DNA from: Octopus vulgaris
Lineage: Eukaryota
DNA: 64,000 nt
Direction: 5' to 3'
Assembly (NCBI GenBank): GCA_951406725.2
Contig: OX597817.1
Location: 3,162,001-3,226,000 of the forward strand
Below the pieces are notes generated by a model. That model was given only the letters and a program-made list of their open reading frames with translations. It searched no databases and had not been told where the DNA came from. A program made the translations under genes and the position numbers. Of this stretch, positions 1 through 11,711 are shown piece after piece (position 1 is the first letter of the stretch; each line of letters begins with the position of its first letter).

Positions 1-79
1 AACCCAACACTCCGACAAATACGGGAGTACGTCCTTATAAATGAAACCTCCTCAATACTAAATACTTCAATATATCAAC

Positions 80-229
80 TCAGTGTTTCACTGGTACATA
101 ATTTATCGACCCTCAAAGGATGAAAAGCTAAGTCGACCTCGGTGGAATTTGAACTCAGAATGTAAAGACGGACGAAATGCCGCTAGACACTTTTCCCAGT
201 GTGCTGGCGATTCTGCCAGCACGACGCCT
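80..229 (-). mobile_element. tRNA-derived SINE (Nin/Deu-domain type), partial copy
   Basis: The minus strand reads GGCGTCGTGCTGGCAGAATCG... with B-box-like GAGTTCAAATTCC, then TTTCATCCTTTGAGGGTCGATAAATTATGTACCAG, resembling the Nin/Deu SINE core. Same family as 15433-16389 and 56255-56470. Confidence 0.8.
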
Positions 230-309
230 TTTGCTTGTTTAATGAAAAGGAAAATACATAATAGAAGTAGGCCACCGTATTGTGTGGCACTTTAGTTCCT
301 TGTGAATGT

Positions 310-323
310 GGTGTGTGTTTGTT

Positions 324-371
<48 letters not shown>

Positions 372-395
372 TGTGTGTATGTATCTGTGCGTGTA
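310..395. repeat. (GT)n microsatellite
   Basis: Directly visible. Confidence 0.95.
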
Positions 396-626
396 ATGAC
401 ACACAAAAAAATAACAGCGATAAAAATGTCAATCATTGTTATTTCACAATATCTAATTCTATAATCGAGAAAAGCCCAGATGTTAAGATCATATAAATAG
501 AAAAATTTTATGCAGTCGTGTACAAAAGTGTACATGTGTGTATCTGTACGTTTGTGTGTGTGTGTGAGCGGTCTTCTAGTGAGTGAGCCGTGTGTGTAGG
601 TGTATGAACATTTGATTATGAGCATG

Positions 627-668
627 AGTGTATTGACTAAAGTGTATTGACTAAAGTGTATTGACTAA
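627..668. repeat. 14-bp tandem repeat x3 (AGTGTATTGACTAA)
   Basis: Three exact copies at 627, 641 and 655. Confidence 0.95.
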
Positions 669-1174
669 AACTACCTGTTGCAACTGCATTGCCAGCTGAG
701 AGCAGCATTTGAGGTCAACCATTATGTAGTATGGCGTAAACATAGATTTTTTACTAATTTACGATATTAACACTGCAAACTAGATTCGAGGGAAATTTTG
801 CATCCTCGCTTAGACTGTTAGAAACAGAAATCAAATCTAACACATGTTCATACTCAACTGTGACAAAAAATAAAAATCGGGGCTGGGGTCACATTGGAAA
901 GTATATTTCCATATATCTATTATAAAGTAAGGTGAGACGGTCACAGCTGTAGGGTCAATGACTTCTGGTCTGCACAGTGAAAGTTGATTTGAGATTTTCT
1001 ACAACCACCAACGACACAATTATATTTATATATTTGGAACGAAGTGGTGATTGATGAAATCCAGAAAAATTGTAAAGTAGAGCGCAAAATAACAAGCTCG
1101 ATCCTCAATCCAAGTCGTCAAAAGCCCTTCTGTAGTTAACAAATGACCAGGGAAATTACACACGCATGCCCGCA

Positions 1175-1177
<3 letters not shown>

Positions 1178-1268
<91 letters not shown>

Positions 1269-1280
1269 CATATACATACA
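1178..1280. repeat. (CA)n/(TA)n microsatellite
   Basis: Directly visible. Confidence 0.95.
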
Positions 1281-1328
1281 GGTATAAACAATCAGCCAGC
1301 CATCCAAATATGTGTGTGTTTATATATA

Positions 1329-1872
1329 TATTGGGTTGTCTGGAAAGTTCGTGCCGATTTATAGTAGCTTACTTTTCGACTTATTTTAAAACATGTTTGA
1401 GTCCATAAAATGGAACAAATAACATGAGCCACCCTTAGCCACTCCAAAAGCGGGTCTTCGCCCTAAAAAAGTCTTGCTTTGTGTCTGGTGGGATTGGAAA
1501 GGAATTCTGTACTATGAGCTCCTCCCAAGTAACCAGACAATTCTGAGAAATACTGCACACAACTGGACGAGTTAAAAGCAGCAATTCAAGAGAAACGACT
1601 AGAATTGGCCAACAGGAAGGGTGTTGTTTTCCAACATGATAATGGGAGACTGCACGTTTCTTTGAGAACCAGACAAAAATTGCTGCAGCTCGGCTGGTAT
1701 GTGTTACCCCACCCTCCATATTCACTAGATATTGCTCCTTCGGATTTCCACTTATTTAGGTCTCTGCAGAATAGTTTTAATGGTAAAAATTTCAATTCCT
1801 TGGATGACGTAAAAAGATACCTTGATGAATTCTTTGCCATGAAACCACTTCAGTTATGGGAAGTGGGCATTT
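1329..1872 (+). mobile_element. Internally deleted mariner (Tc1/mariner DD34D) transposon remnant
   Basis: TA followed by a TIR-like start TTGGGTTG at 1331. Frameshifted transposase C-terminal half: KKVLLCVWWDWKGILYYELLP ... VVFQHDN ... LPHPPYSLDIAPSDFHLFRSLQN (mariner YSPDLAPSD motif). The N-terminal HTH and right TIR are absent. Confidence 0.92.
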
Positions 1873-1877
1873 GTATT

Positions 1878-2080
1878 CACTTTGATGAAGCTCCATGTAC
1901 CAGATCGAATGTGCTATATGGATGACGAATATTATTTTCGGAATTTTCTTTGTAGGCACCGACTGGCATTGGTAGGCGAAACGGCCGTAAGCAGTGTTAA
2001 GTTTTGTATTAAAAAATAATCAACTGATGTTCGTCAATTTGTTTGTTTGTTGATCAAAAGTTTTATCCATTTTCTACTTG
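1878..2080 (+). mobile_element. Penelope-like element 3' terminal segment with degenerate long-helix-II hammerhead
   Basis: CACT-TTGATGA-A-GC...GC-GAAA-CGGCCG-TA-AGCAGTG. The downstream tail TTTTATCCATTTTCTACTTG resembles the tail after the 9025-9060 hammerhead. Confidence 0.55.
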
Positions 2081-2329
<249 letters not shown>

Positions 2330-2340
2330 TAATAATAATA

Positions 2341-2510
2341 ATATTAGGGAATAAATCCAAACTTACAGGGAAAATTAGATTTAGAATTAAATCCAATTTT
2401 ATAGTATAAATATATTATATTATATTATATTAAATTAGAGATAAAACCACTATTAGGCAAATCAAACAGTGAAAAACATAAACCAATACGTAAAATTAAT
2501 TTAAGAATAT
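2341..2510 (-). mobile_element. Penelope-like terminal repeat fragment (homologous to 29990-30135)
   Basis: The reverse complement matches ACTATAAAATTGGATTTAAT.CTAAATCT.ATTTT..CCTGTAA.TTTGGATTTATTCCCTAATATT and the TAGTGGTTTT.TCTCTAAT segment that follow the intact hammerhead at 29923. A third short copy lies near 58750-58800. Confidence 0.7.
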
Positions 2511-2921
2511 AAAAGTTAAAAATTAAAATTTTTTTTAAATAAATTAAACTTATAAATTTTAAATATATATATATACAAATATATATATATATATATATAT
2601 GTATGTATATTTTTATATTTATATATTATTTTATTTATTTATTTATCACTGACAAAAATCCGTGCTGCATCAGATGCGACGAAAATATTTTGACAAATTA
2701 AACTTAAATGTTGAAGTGAATCGAACGGCTTTTGTGTGTTTCTTAAATGGCTTACAAACACCTTCCAAGCTGCAATTGTTTTCGTTCCAGCACACGATCT
2801 CAGATCAAATCACTTGCTATGCGAGTACATATATATATATATAGTTTGGATATATATATATATATATATATATTATAGAAATATTAAAATTACTAAAAGA
2901 GATTACGGCAGCGTTACTGGA

Positions 2922-3233
2922 AATTAATTGTTATCGCCATATTAATATGGCAGTCTTATAGATATAAGACTAAAAGCTGTCGCTGATTAGCTCCATGAGG
3001 CCTGCTGGGTCTGACTAAGCTACATTGACAAAGGGCAAATACCCTGAAACGCGTCTGTTGCTGTCTGACTGGCAGTGTGAAGCGGCTGACCTCCCTTGTT
3101 CGAAGGTTATAATGGACACAGTTTGTGTGTCAAATAGCTATCTTAAGGCGATGGCCTCATGGAGCTAATCAGCGACAGCTTTTAGTCTTATATCTATAAG
3201 ACTGCCATATTAATATGGCGATAACAATTAATT
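2922..3233. repeat. Perfect 81-bp inverted repeat (2922-3002 / 3153-3233) with a 150-bp spacer
   Basis: The arms are exact reverse complements. Each arm contains the palindrome GCCATATTAATATGGC and the hairpin AGTCTTATA-NN-TATAAGACT. Confidence 0.95.
3018..3063 (+). ncRNA. Minimal type-I hammerhead ribozyme motif, U3:A8 variant (Penelope-type)
   Basis: AGCTACA-TTGACAA-AGGG(CAAATA)CCCT-GAAA-CGCG-TC-TGTTGCT. Stem I is ACA/TGT and extendable, stem II is AGGG/CCCT, stem III is palindromic, and the cleavage triplet is GUC. Confidence 0.7.
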
Positions 3234-3493
3234 ATATATATATATATATATATATACATATATACACGTGTGTGTATCTGTGTATGTGTGTGAGTGTTAA
3301 TGGATCATGGTTTTGGCATATCCAATATAGCGAGTGCTCTTATAAAGGATATAGCATCAAAAATATTATTGATTCACATGAACTGGTTTTCTTGAGGTTC
3401 TAAATATGTGAGTATGGGATGAGTATTCGAAATTAGTACTCATCATTTCTTCTGTCCAAGAAAGTAAATATATTTCTGAACCAACGATATATA

Positions 3494-3575
3494 CATACAT
3501 GCATACATACATACATACATACATACATGTATACATACATACATACATACATACATACATACATACATACATACA

Positions 3576-3605
<30 letters not shown>
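3494..3605. repeat. (CATA)n microsatellite
   Basis: Directly visible. Confidence 0.95.
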
Positions 3606-3609
<4 letters not shown>

Positions 3610-4343
3610 CACGTCTTCCACGCCATTCACCGGGTCAACGCCTTTTCTATTTTGTCTGCTGATTCCATGAGAAACGTTACCATATTGTGTGATGCAAGAT
3701 TCTGTTAATCCACTGAGCACATAATTGGTAATGCTTCCATACTTGATAATTCTGAAGAACTTCTACTTCTAAAGAAGATACACCAGAACATATTGGCCAC
3801 ACACACATACACACACACATACATACACATGGCTAAACTTGGAATCATGAGGAGAGAACGCAAATATTTAAATCATAGGCTACAAATGGTAACGATATCT
3901 GGGACTATAAAAATCTGCTGGATCTTAGTAAGAGTTAAAGGATGAGGCTTAAGTTGAGATGCTTTACTTCATAACCCTTGGTAGCAAGTACGTGGCCAGT
4001 GAAACTGTACTCTAAATTAAAAAAAGGAAAAGATTAAAAAAAGAGAAAAAAGACATAAATACACATATAAACACATACACACACTCACACACACAAACAC
4101 AAACACACACACACACACACACATATATATAGAGAGAGATACAATGTATGCATATGTATACATATATATGTGTGTGTGTGTATGTATGTATGCATGTATG
4201 AATACACACACACACACACACACATATATCATATATAATTGTCACTAAATACGACTTAGTGTTCTGACATCGTATTTAAATTTAGCGACAATTGTAATTT
4301 TCCTTTTCGGTAACACATTGCCTACGGTTGTCTCTATTCATTC

Positions 4344-4385
<42 letters not shown>

Positions 4386-4679
4386 GGGAGAGAGAGAGAG
4401 AAAGAGAAATAGAGGGAGAGAGAGAAAGAGACAAAAAATTACAATAGACAGCCGTGTGCAATGTTTTAGTTGTTTACAAGAAATCAATTACATCAACAAC
4501 GATACATACATGCGAGTGTGTGCATGCGTGTGTGTGAGTAACTTAGTCCTCTCTGAAAAAAATGTTGGTCACTCTGAGACACTACTTTACAGGTTGTTTA
4601 GTCGAAGAAATCAACTACAGTACTGTTCTTGTCAATACATACATACATACATACATACATACATACATACATACATACA

Positions 4680-4715
<36 letters not shown>

Positions 4716-4749
4716 TATACATACATATATATACATATATAAACGCATA

Positions 4750-5142
4750 TCTATTATATAAAATCCGTTCTGTCTGTCTGTCTGTGTGTGTATCTTCTAG
4801 GATCTTGGGCATCCTCCATCCGATTGCGCTCAAATTTGATATGTAGATACCGACAGTATCAGAGCGTGCATAAGTATTGAAAAAAATTACAAAAATCGAT
4901 TCCAGGTGAGAATGTGATCGATAAAGCCGTGGGAACGTGCATTTGTAAAATCGTTTTTCTTGGAACAGAAAAAAGTCTATCTTTATTTCTTGTTTTGCTG
5001 GTGTCTCAAATTTAGGTTAAATCAGTGTTTCTCAAAGGGAAGGCCTATGGGACGGTCGGACAAGTTGTTTTGATCAAATTTGGTTTAAATGTTTGACAAC
5101 TCAGCACCGTCCATTGTTATGGGGGGGGGTTGCTCCTATGTG

Positions 5143-5193
<51 letters not shown>

Positions 5194-5200
5194 TTGTATG

Positions 5201-5239
<39 letters not shown>

Positions 5240-5700
5240 CTACTTCCGGTTTCGGTTGTGATAGACGTGTTTTCCGTGTTCTTGAAACAACCAAGAAGGA
5301 TTTCCTAAATCGACAAAAAAATCCACTAAAACTTACCCAAAGAACGTAGTACTTGTTATTTCACAACCGTCTACTATAATATATTCGTAAAAAGTTTAAT
5401 ATATTACATTATAGTCATCGACGCAAGCCAGAGTTATCCTTGATGAAAGCAAGTGGTGATAAATCGTACTTCCACAAGTGGCCGTGTGCAAAAAAGTAAT
5501 CGATTTTTCTTTGAAACAAAACTTCTTCGTACAAGAACAAAGACTAGGATTTTTACCTCTTGAGAATAAGTATCCTATTCATTTTGTTTATTTTGTTTTA
5601 TCTTTGGTAATACCGGATGAAAATTTGAGTTAAGAAGAATTGTTTGTTTACATTCTATTTGAAAATTTACGGTAGCAAATTCGTTACGAATTCATTATCG
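4750..5700 (+). mobile_element. Non-autonomous Helitron-like element, 5' part (3' end not found)
   Basis: A|TCTATTATATAAAA start followed by (TCTG)n, as in the complete small Helitron at 10118. The right boundary is approximate. Confidence 0.5.
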
Positions 5701-6182
5701 TTTTTCATTTTCTCTTTTTTTCTTTCAGCGTCCTTTCCGTTCTAAACCTTCCGTTTTTCTCTTTTCTTCATATCTGCGTTACCTACTCTTCCACTTTTTC
5801 TTTCATATCTTCCTTTTTTCTTACCTCTCTCCCTTACTCTGTCTCTTCTTCCCTTTCATATCTTCCTCCTTTTTCCGCTTCTCACTCCTTCTCTTTGTCT
5901 CTCTCTACATCTACCTCTCTCCCTCATATTTCTTATTTTCCCTCCTCTCCCTCTCATTCCGTCTCTCTTTCCCTCATAATTCTTCATTCTCTCCTCTCTC
6001 TCCCTCACTCTGTCACTCTATCCTTCCCCTCCCCTCCCTCCTTCTGTCTCGCTATCGCTTCATACCCTCTTTCTCTTTCTTCATGTCATCCTCTCTCTTT
6101 TCCTCTCCGTTCCTCTGTCTTTCTTCCTCTCTACCTCCCTCTGTCTCTCTCATTTCCTCTCTATCCTCCCCTCTCCATCTTG
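5700..6182. repeat. Polypyrimidine (CT-rich) low-complexity tract
   Basis: Directly visible. Confidence 0.85.
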
Positions 6183-6197
6183 GCTTAGAAAACGAAG

Positions 6198-8645
6198 ATG
6201 GCATCAAAGTGGGGGAGCAAAGAATTGAATCTTCTGTTGCGAGCTTGGATGATTGCTAGCGGTCACCCTCAATACAACACCATTACTGCTACACTGAAGA
6301 ACAATGGTTTCTGTACAACCATTGAGAAGATAGAGCGGAAGAAAAACGGATTCAACCGATCCTATGCCATTATTAAACCACACATTGACACTCTTAATAT
6401 CATCATGGAAATCTACTGTGGCAAGCTGGTTAAAACAGGGAAAATGAAGCAAGAACCAGAGGTTTCTCTGATCCATTGGTCCCACAAAAGAATGGATCCC
6501 CCACCCCTGTGAACAACCGGCTGATAAGGACAAAGGAACAACTAGAAGTTCCTCTGTGCCAGTGGTCCCACAAAAGAATAGAATCCTCACCCCTATGGAC
6601 AACCAGAGGAATGCATGGGCTACCACCAGTAAAGGAATGAAAGACCACAAGCAAAAACATAAAAAAGAAAAAGGAGAAGAAGGAAAAGGAAAAGATGAAA
6701 CAATTGAAATTAAACTGAAACCCCAAACCATAAAACAAAAAACAAAAATATATGAAGGCTGCTATGGAATCCGAAACTCTAGAGGAGAGAAAAAATTTGG
6801 AGCGAAGACGAGGGCGTGCAAATTCTATCTGCAAGGCTAATGTTGACATGGGGAAGACGATACAAATTGCTGGTTTGCTCACCTGAAACCACGTCAAAAC
6901 TGCAAGGACCTTAAGGAGAAATACTTTCCAGAGGAAAGGCGCCAATCGTCTCCAAAAAGATTATGCAGCAGCTGACTTGGTTACATTAAGCGCAAACACG
7001 GAACCTTGCTCACCACTACGCAAGACCACCTCAATCAACAAACACGGGGTGGTCTCCTCTAACACCAACACGGTCGTCACGTTAATATTTTTACTAAATA
7101 TTTGAGGCTTGTTGCATCACAACAAAAAAAATTTCTTGAGAGACCTTGCTGCATTCACTCAAGCCCTATGCTTAAGTGAATGCTAGCAAGGCAGATACGA
7201 TGGATAATATCGACATTAGTGAAGAAGATATACTACAAGTCATAGATGAGGTGGACGCAAAGTCAACTGTTGGTCCTGATGGTTTCCCAGCAATCCTCCT
7301 CAAATCGTGTAAGCGTGCCCTGGCGAAACCACTACAGATACTCTTCCAGAGCTTTCTTGCAAATAGCAGGCTGTCAAGCAAACTGAAGGAGGGAATAATA
7401 TGCCCAATCCATAAAGGAGGAAGCAGAGCAGATGCCAAAAATTATAAACCTATCTCTCTGACCTCACACATCAGCAAAGTCATGGAACGGATAGTCAGAG
7501 GGAAACTATTCGCATTCCTTGAAGAAAACGATTTGTTGAGTGATACTCAACATGGCTTTCGACCAGGTAGGTGCTGCCTGACCCAGCTCTTACAGCACTA
7601 TGACTGGTGTTGAGGTAGTAACTCAACAACTCAAATGTGGACCTAATATAACTTGACTTTGCAAAAGCTTTTCATAAAATGGATCATGGTATGATATGTC
7701 ACAAACTGCGTCATCTTGGCATAGCATGAAAACTTGGAGAGTGGTTACATGACTTTCTGAAAGATAGAAGTCAGGCAGTTGTGGCCAGTGGAGCCACTTC
7801 AAAGAAAACACAAATAGGGAGTGGTGTTCCACAGGGCATTATCTTGGGACCATCGCTTTTCATAGTTGCCATCTCAGAAATGCCACCAGCTACCCGGGTA
7901 GCCACCCTAGCTAGCTACGCAGAAACGAAAGTCGCGCAGAAAATACAGAACCCCAGCGACATTGTACACATGCAACAGGAGTTGGACACAGTTTATAGAT
8001 GGGCTTAGAACAATAATATGCAGTTTAATGCTGGAAAATTCCAAGCCCTTCGTTACCGGCGTCCAACACTGAATATAAAACTTACTGGGTACACTGGTTC
8101 ACAGGGGATTACAATCCCAGAGCCTAAATCAGTGCGGAACCTGGGTATTGATGAGTGATGATACCTCTTTCCAAGTGAATATTACCGGGATGGTGACAAA
8201 TTGCAGACGACTGACTGGATGGATCCTGAGAACCTTCAGAATCAGCGAGAAGGAAATCATAATGGTACACTGGAGGACATTCGTCCTCAGCTGCCTGGAT
8301 TATTGCTCCAAGCTATGGTCATCCCACAGTGTAAAATTAACAGCGGACCTTGAAGCAATCCAGCGAAGCTTCACAATGAAGATCATCTCAACAGCTCAGC
8401 TACTGGGGAAAGCTGAAGAGAGCTAACACTCTACTCTCTGGAACAAAGGCGGTAGAGATATGCAGTAATATACATCTGGAAGGTTCTGGAAGGGATTGTG
8501 CCAAATTTTGGCATTGAAAGCTACACAAATGCCAGAACGGGACGACACTGTACAGTGCCAAAGATCCCAGCTATGCCATCGTGCTTCAGGACCAGTTACT
8601 GAAACAGCTTGGGTTTCCGGGGCCCACAGTTTTTTTATATTTTAC
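6198..8645 (+). mobile_element. Decayed CR1-group LINE: ORF1 remnant with CCCH-like finger, endonuclease mostly deleted, reverse transcriptase pseudogene
   Basis: RT motifs GPDGFPAILLK, PIHKGGSRADAKNYKPISLTSHISKVMERIV, QHGFRPGRCCLTQLL, YLDFAKAFHKMDHG, SGVPQGIILGPSLF and a degenerate YADD (YAETK); downstream LDYCSKLWS. ORF1 has CKFYLQG*C*HG...CWFAH. Many stops and frameshifts. Confidence 0.9.
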
Positions 8646-9115
8646 CAAAAAACCCACGCAAGTTTTATAAACAAAACATTCAAAGAGATGTCTCAAGAAT
8701 TCAATAACTACTACCATCCACAACAGGTCACTTTTAGGCCACTTAACCATATAACATACTATCATGGCACTCCCGCATTCTTCTTCTTCTTCTTCTTCTT
8801 CTTCTTCTTCTTCTTCTTCTTCTTCTTCTTCTTCTTCTTCTTCTTCTTCTTCTACTTCTTCCTTACCATGAATTCACAACGACCTCGAAACCACCAGAGT
8901 AAACAAGAGAGACAGAGACAGGCAGTAACAAGGAAAATGCCACTTGTATTTGAATGCTATGCAAATATTCTTTTAAAAAACTTTTCTTTTAATTTTTCCA
9001 AAATTTAATTGTTTTCCATACTTACAGTGGAGAAAGTCTCAATGACTGAAACCGGTACTGAAATGTTTTTTATAAAATTATTTTACCATTTTCTACCTTG
9101 ACTTTTTTCCCCATA
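8646..9115 (+). mobile_element. Penelope-like 3' segment containing (TTC)n and a near-intact hammerhead
   Basis: LINE homology ends abruptly at ~8645. (TTC)n lies at 8777-8860, followed by the hammerhead motif at 9025-9060 and a T-rich tail. Confidence 0.55.
9025..9060 (+). ncRNA. Minimal hammerhead ribozyme motif, U3:A8 type with U4G deviation
   Basis: CAG-TGGAGAA-AGTC(TCAAT)GACT-GAAA-CCGG-TA-CTG. All three stems close and stem III is palindromic; one change from UUGANAA. Confidence 0.6.
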
Positions 9116-9191
9116 TATATACGTATGTATGTATGTATGTATGTATGTATGTATGTATGTATGTATGTATGTATGTATGTATGTATGTATG

Positions 9192-9251
<60 letters not shown>

Positions 9252-9334
9252 CATATATACATGCATACATACATATATATGTATATAAATACATACATAT
9301 ATATATATATATAAATATATAAATAAATATATAC

Positions 9335-9412
<78 letters not shown>

Positions 9413-9475
9413 TCAAAGTATCAAAGTATATATATATATATAAGCATCAAAGTATCAAAGTATCAAAGTATCAAA

Positions 9476-9543
<68 letters not shown>

Positions 9544-9580
9544 ATACATACATATATGCATAGATGTATATATATATATA
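9115..9580. repeat. (TATG)n/(TA)n microsatellite with embedded (AGTATCAA)n
   Basis: Directly visible. Confidence 0.9.
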
Positions 9581-10912
9581 AAAGAGGAATGAATGTAAAA
9601 ATCCATTCTGAAGGATTATCTTAAAAAATTCAAAATTAATTATGAATATATCAGTCGCCAGAACATGCAATGTAAAAATTTCTTCATAAAACAATAGTCT
9701 ATAATAGTGAATAAATCACCATCACGTGTCTAGAAATAACAGTCAAACCTACTGCTAGAAATAGCAGTCAAAGCCACTATAAACACTCATTATATCTCCT
9801 CAACAATAAAAGCTGTCAACGAGCGACATGACATAAAACTTCAAAATTTAGATAAAAATAAATGGTTAGTCCTCTATTGCAATTTCGAAGTTAGGATCGA
9901 AAAGTAGATTCTTTCTTCTCGTCCTGTGGACATTCCTGTACATAGAAATTAACACAAAAAACATAACTTGGGGCTTAACATGTGTCCCGACCAGCAAGAA
10001 TAATGTGGCAACATTTATCTACACAATTAAAATTCTGAATTGAAACGTCATGCACAGCGAACATAAGAATGGACAAGTTAAAAGAGCCACGGCGAAAAAC
10101 TGGATATGAGTGAATAATCTTTATATATAAAAGTGAGGTTGCGTGCTGTCTGTCTCCTACATTTTGCGGTGCAGTTTAACCAAAATCAGGTATCTTATAG
10201 TCGTGATTCATATCGAGCCCTCTGGGTATTAGCGCGCGTCTACGATGAGTCTACGATTTAAAAAAAAATTACCATCAATTTTTCCCATTTTTAATGCATT
10301 TTTGGCATATATAAGGGAGGTAACTCTCTAAAAATTTATTATTAAATCTCAGAACGTAAAAAGTTACAGTAACACCCCCCTTTGTGGTTAGCCATATTGA
10401 GATGGCTATTATACTTTACATCTCTAAAAATGCTTATATAGTTATTTCCCTTACAAACCCGAGCAACGCCGGGCGATACTGCTAGTGAATAATAAAAGAG
10501 GAATGAATGTAAAAATACATAACGCAGGATATATCACAAGCAAGTGAAAATTATTAACGAATATATCAGTGGCCAGAACATGCAACCAAACACTTTTTTC
10601 ATAAAAGAATAGTGTATAATTGCGAAAAAATCTCAATTATAACGGAGAGGGTTATAAAATCACCTACATGTCTAGAAATAGCAGTCAAAACCGTTATAAA
10701 GCCACTATAAACACTCATATTATGTCTTCTCAACAATAAAAGCTGTCGGCAAGCGACATGACATAAAAATTCAAAATTAAAATTCAAATAAAAGTTAGTT
10801 CTTTGTTGCAATTTCAAAGTTAGAAACCAAAAATATATTCATTCTTCTCGTCAGGGAAGCATTCTTATGCATACAAATTAACACAAAAAACATATCTTGG
10901 GGGCTTAACATA
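9578..10912. repeat. Diverged ~400-bp direct duplication (9578-9985 / 10493-10912)
   Basis: Shared blocks in the same order: AAAGAGGAATGAATGTAAAAAT, GCCAGAACATGCAA, TCTAGAAATA.CAGTCAAA, GCCACTATAAACACTCAT, CAACAATAAAAGCTGTC, AATTAACACAAAAAACATA and GGGGCTTAACAT. Confidence 0.88.
10118..10485 (+). mobile_element. Complete non-autonomous Helitron (368 bp)
   Basis: 5' TC (A|TCTTTATATATAAAA), subterminal hairpin CCCG-AGCAACGC-CGGG and 3' CTAG|T, i.e. inserted between A and T. Confidence 0.85.
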
Positions 10913-10977
10913 TAAGGGTTTTTATAACCTTCTTCGTTATAATCGTGATTTATTCACAATTATACACCCTTCTTCTT

Positions 10978-11123
10978 TTACATATACATACATATATAAA
11001 TACATACATACATACATATATACATATAGATATGTATATATGCATATATATATATGCATACATATATATATATATAAATATAAATACATGCATATATATA
11101 TACATGTATATATGCATACATAC

Positions 11124-11168
<45 letters not shown>

Positions 11169-11419
11169 TACATACATACATACACATATATATATATATA
11201 CATATATATGTATATATATATATATGTATATATATATATGCATACATATATATATATAAATATAATACATGCATATATATATATATACACATATATACAT
11301 GCATATATATATACATATATATACATGCATATATATATATATACATATATATATACATATATATACATGCATATATATATATATACATATATATATACAT
11401 GCATATATATATGTATGTG

Positions 11420-11478
<59 letters not shown>

Positions 11479-11510
11479 GTATGTATATATATATATATAT
11501 ATATATATCA
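10978..11510. repeat. Degenerate (TA)n/(CATA)n microsatellite
   Basis: Directly visible. Confidence 0.95.
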
Positions 11511-11666
11511 TCATCATCATAATCATCATCATCAGTATATGGAGAAAACTTCAGATTACCAAGCACATCAACAAGCACATATGTTTTTATCTTATATTTA
11601 ATTTTTTTCTAAATGGTATAATTTAATTATTTCATAGTTGAATTGATAAAAGGTGTTTTTTTTCTA

Positions 11667-11711
<45 letters not shown>

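Noticed and set aside
1605-1925. Mariner ORF as a functional or domesticated transposase
   Set aside because: N-terminus missing, frameshift upstream, and truncated at ~1872 by another element.
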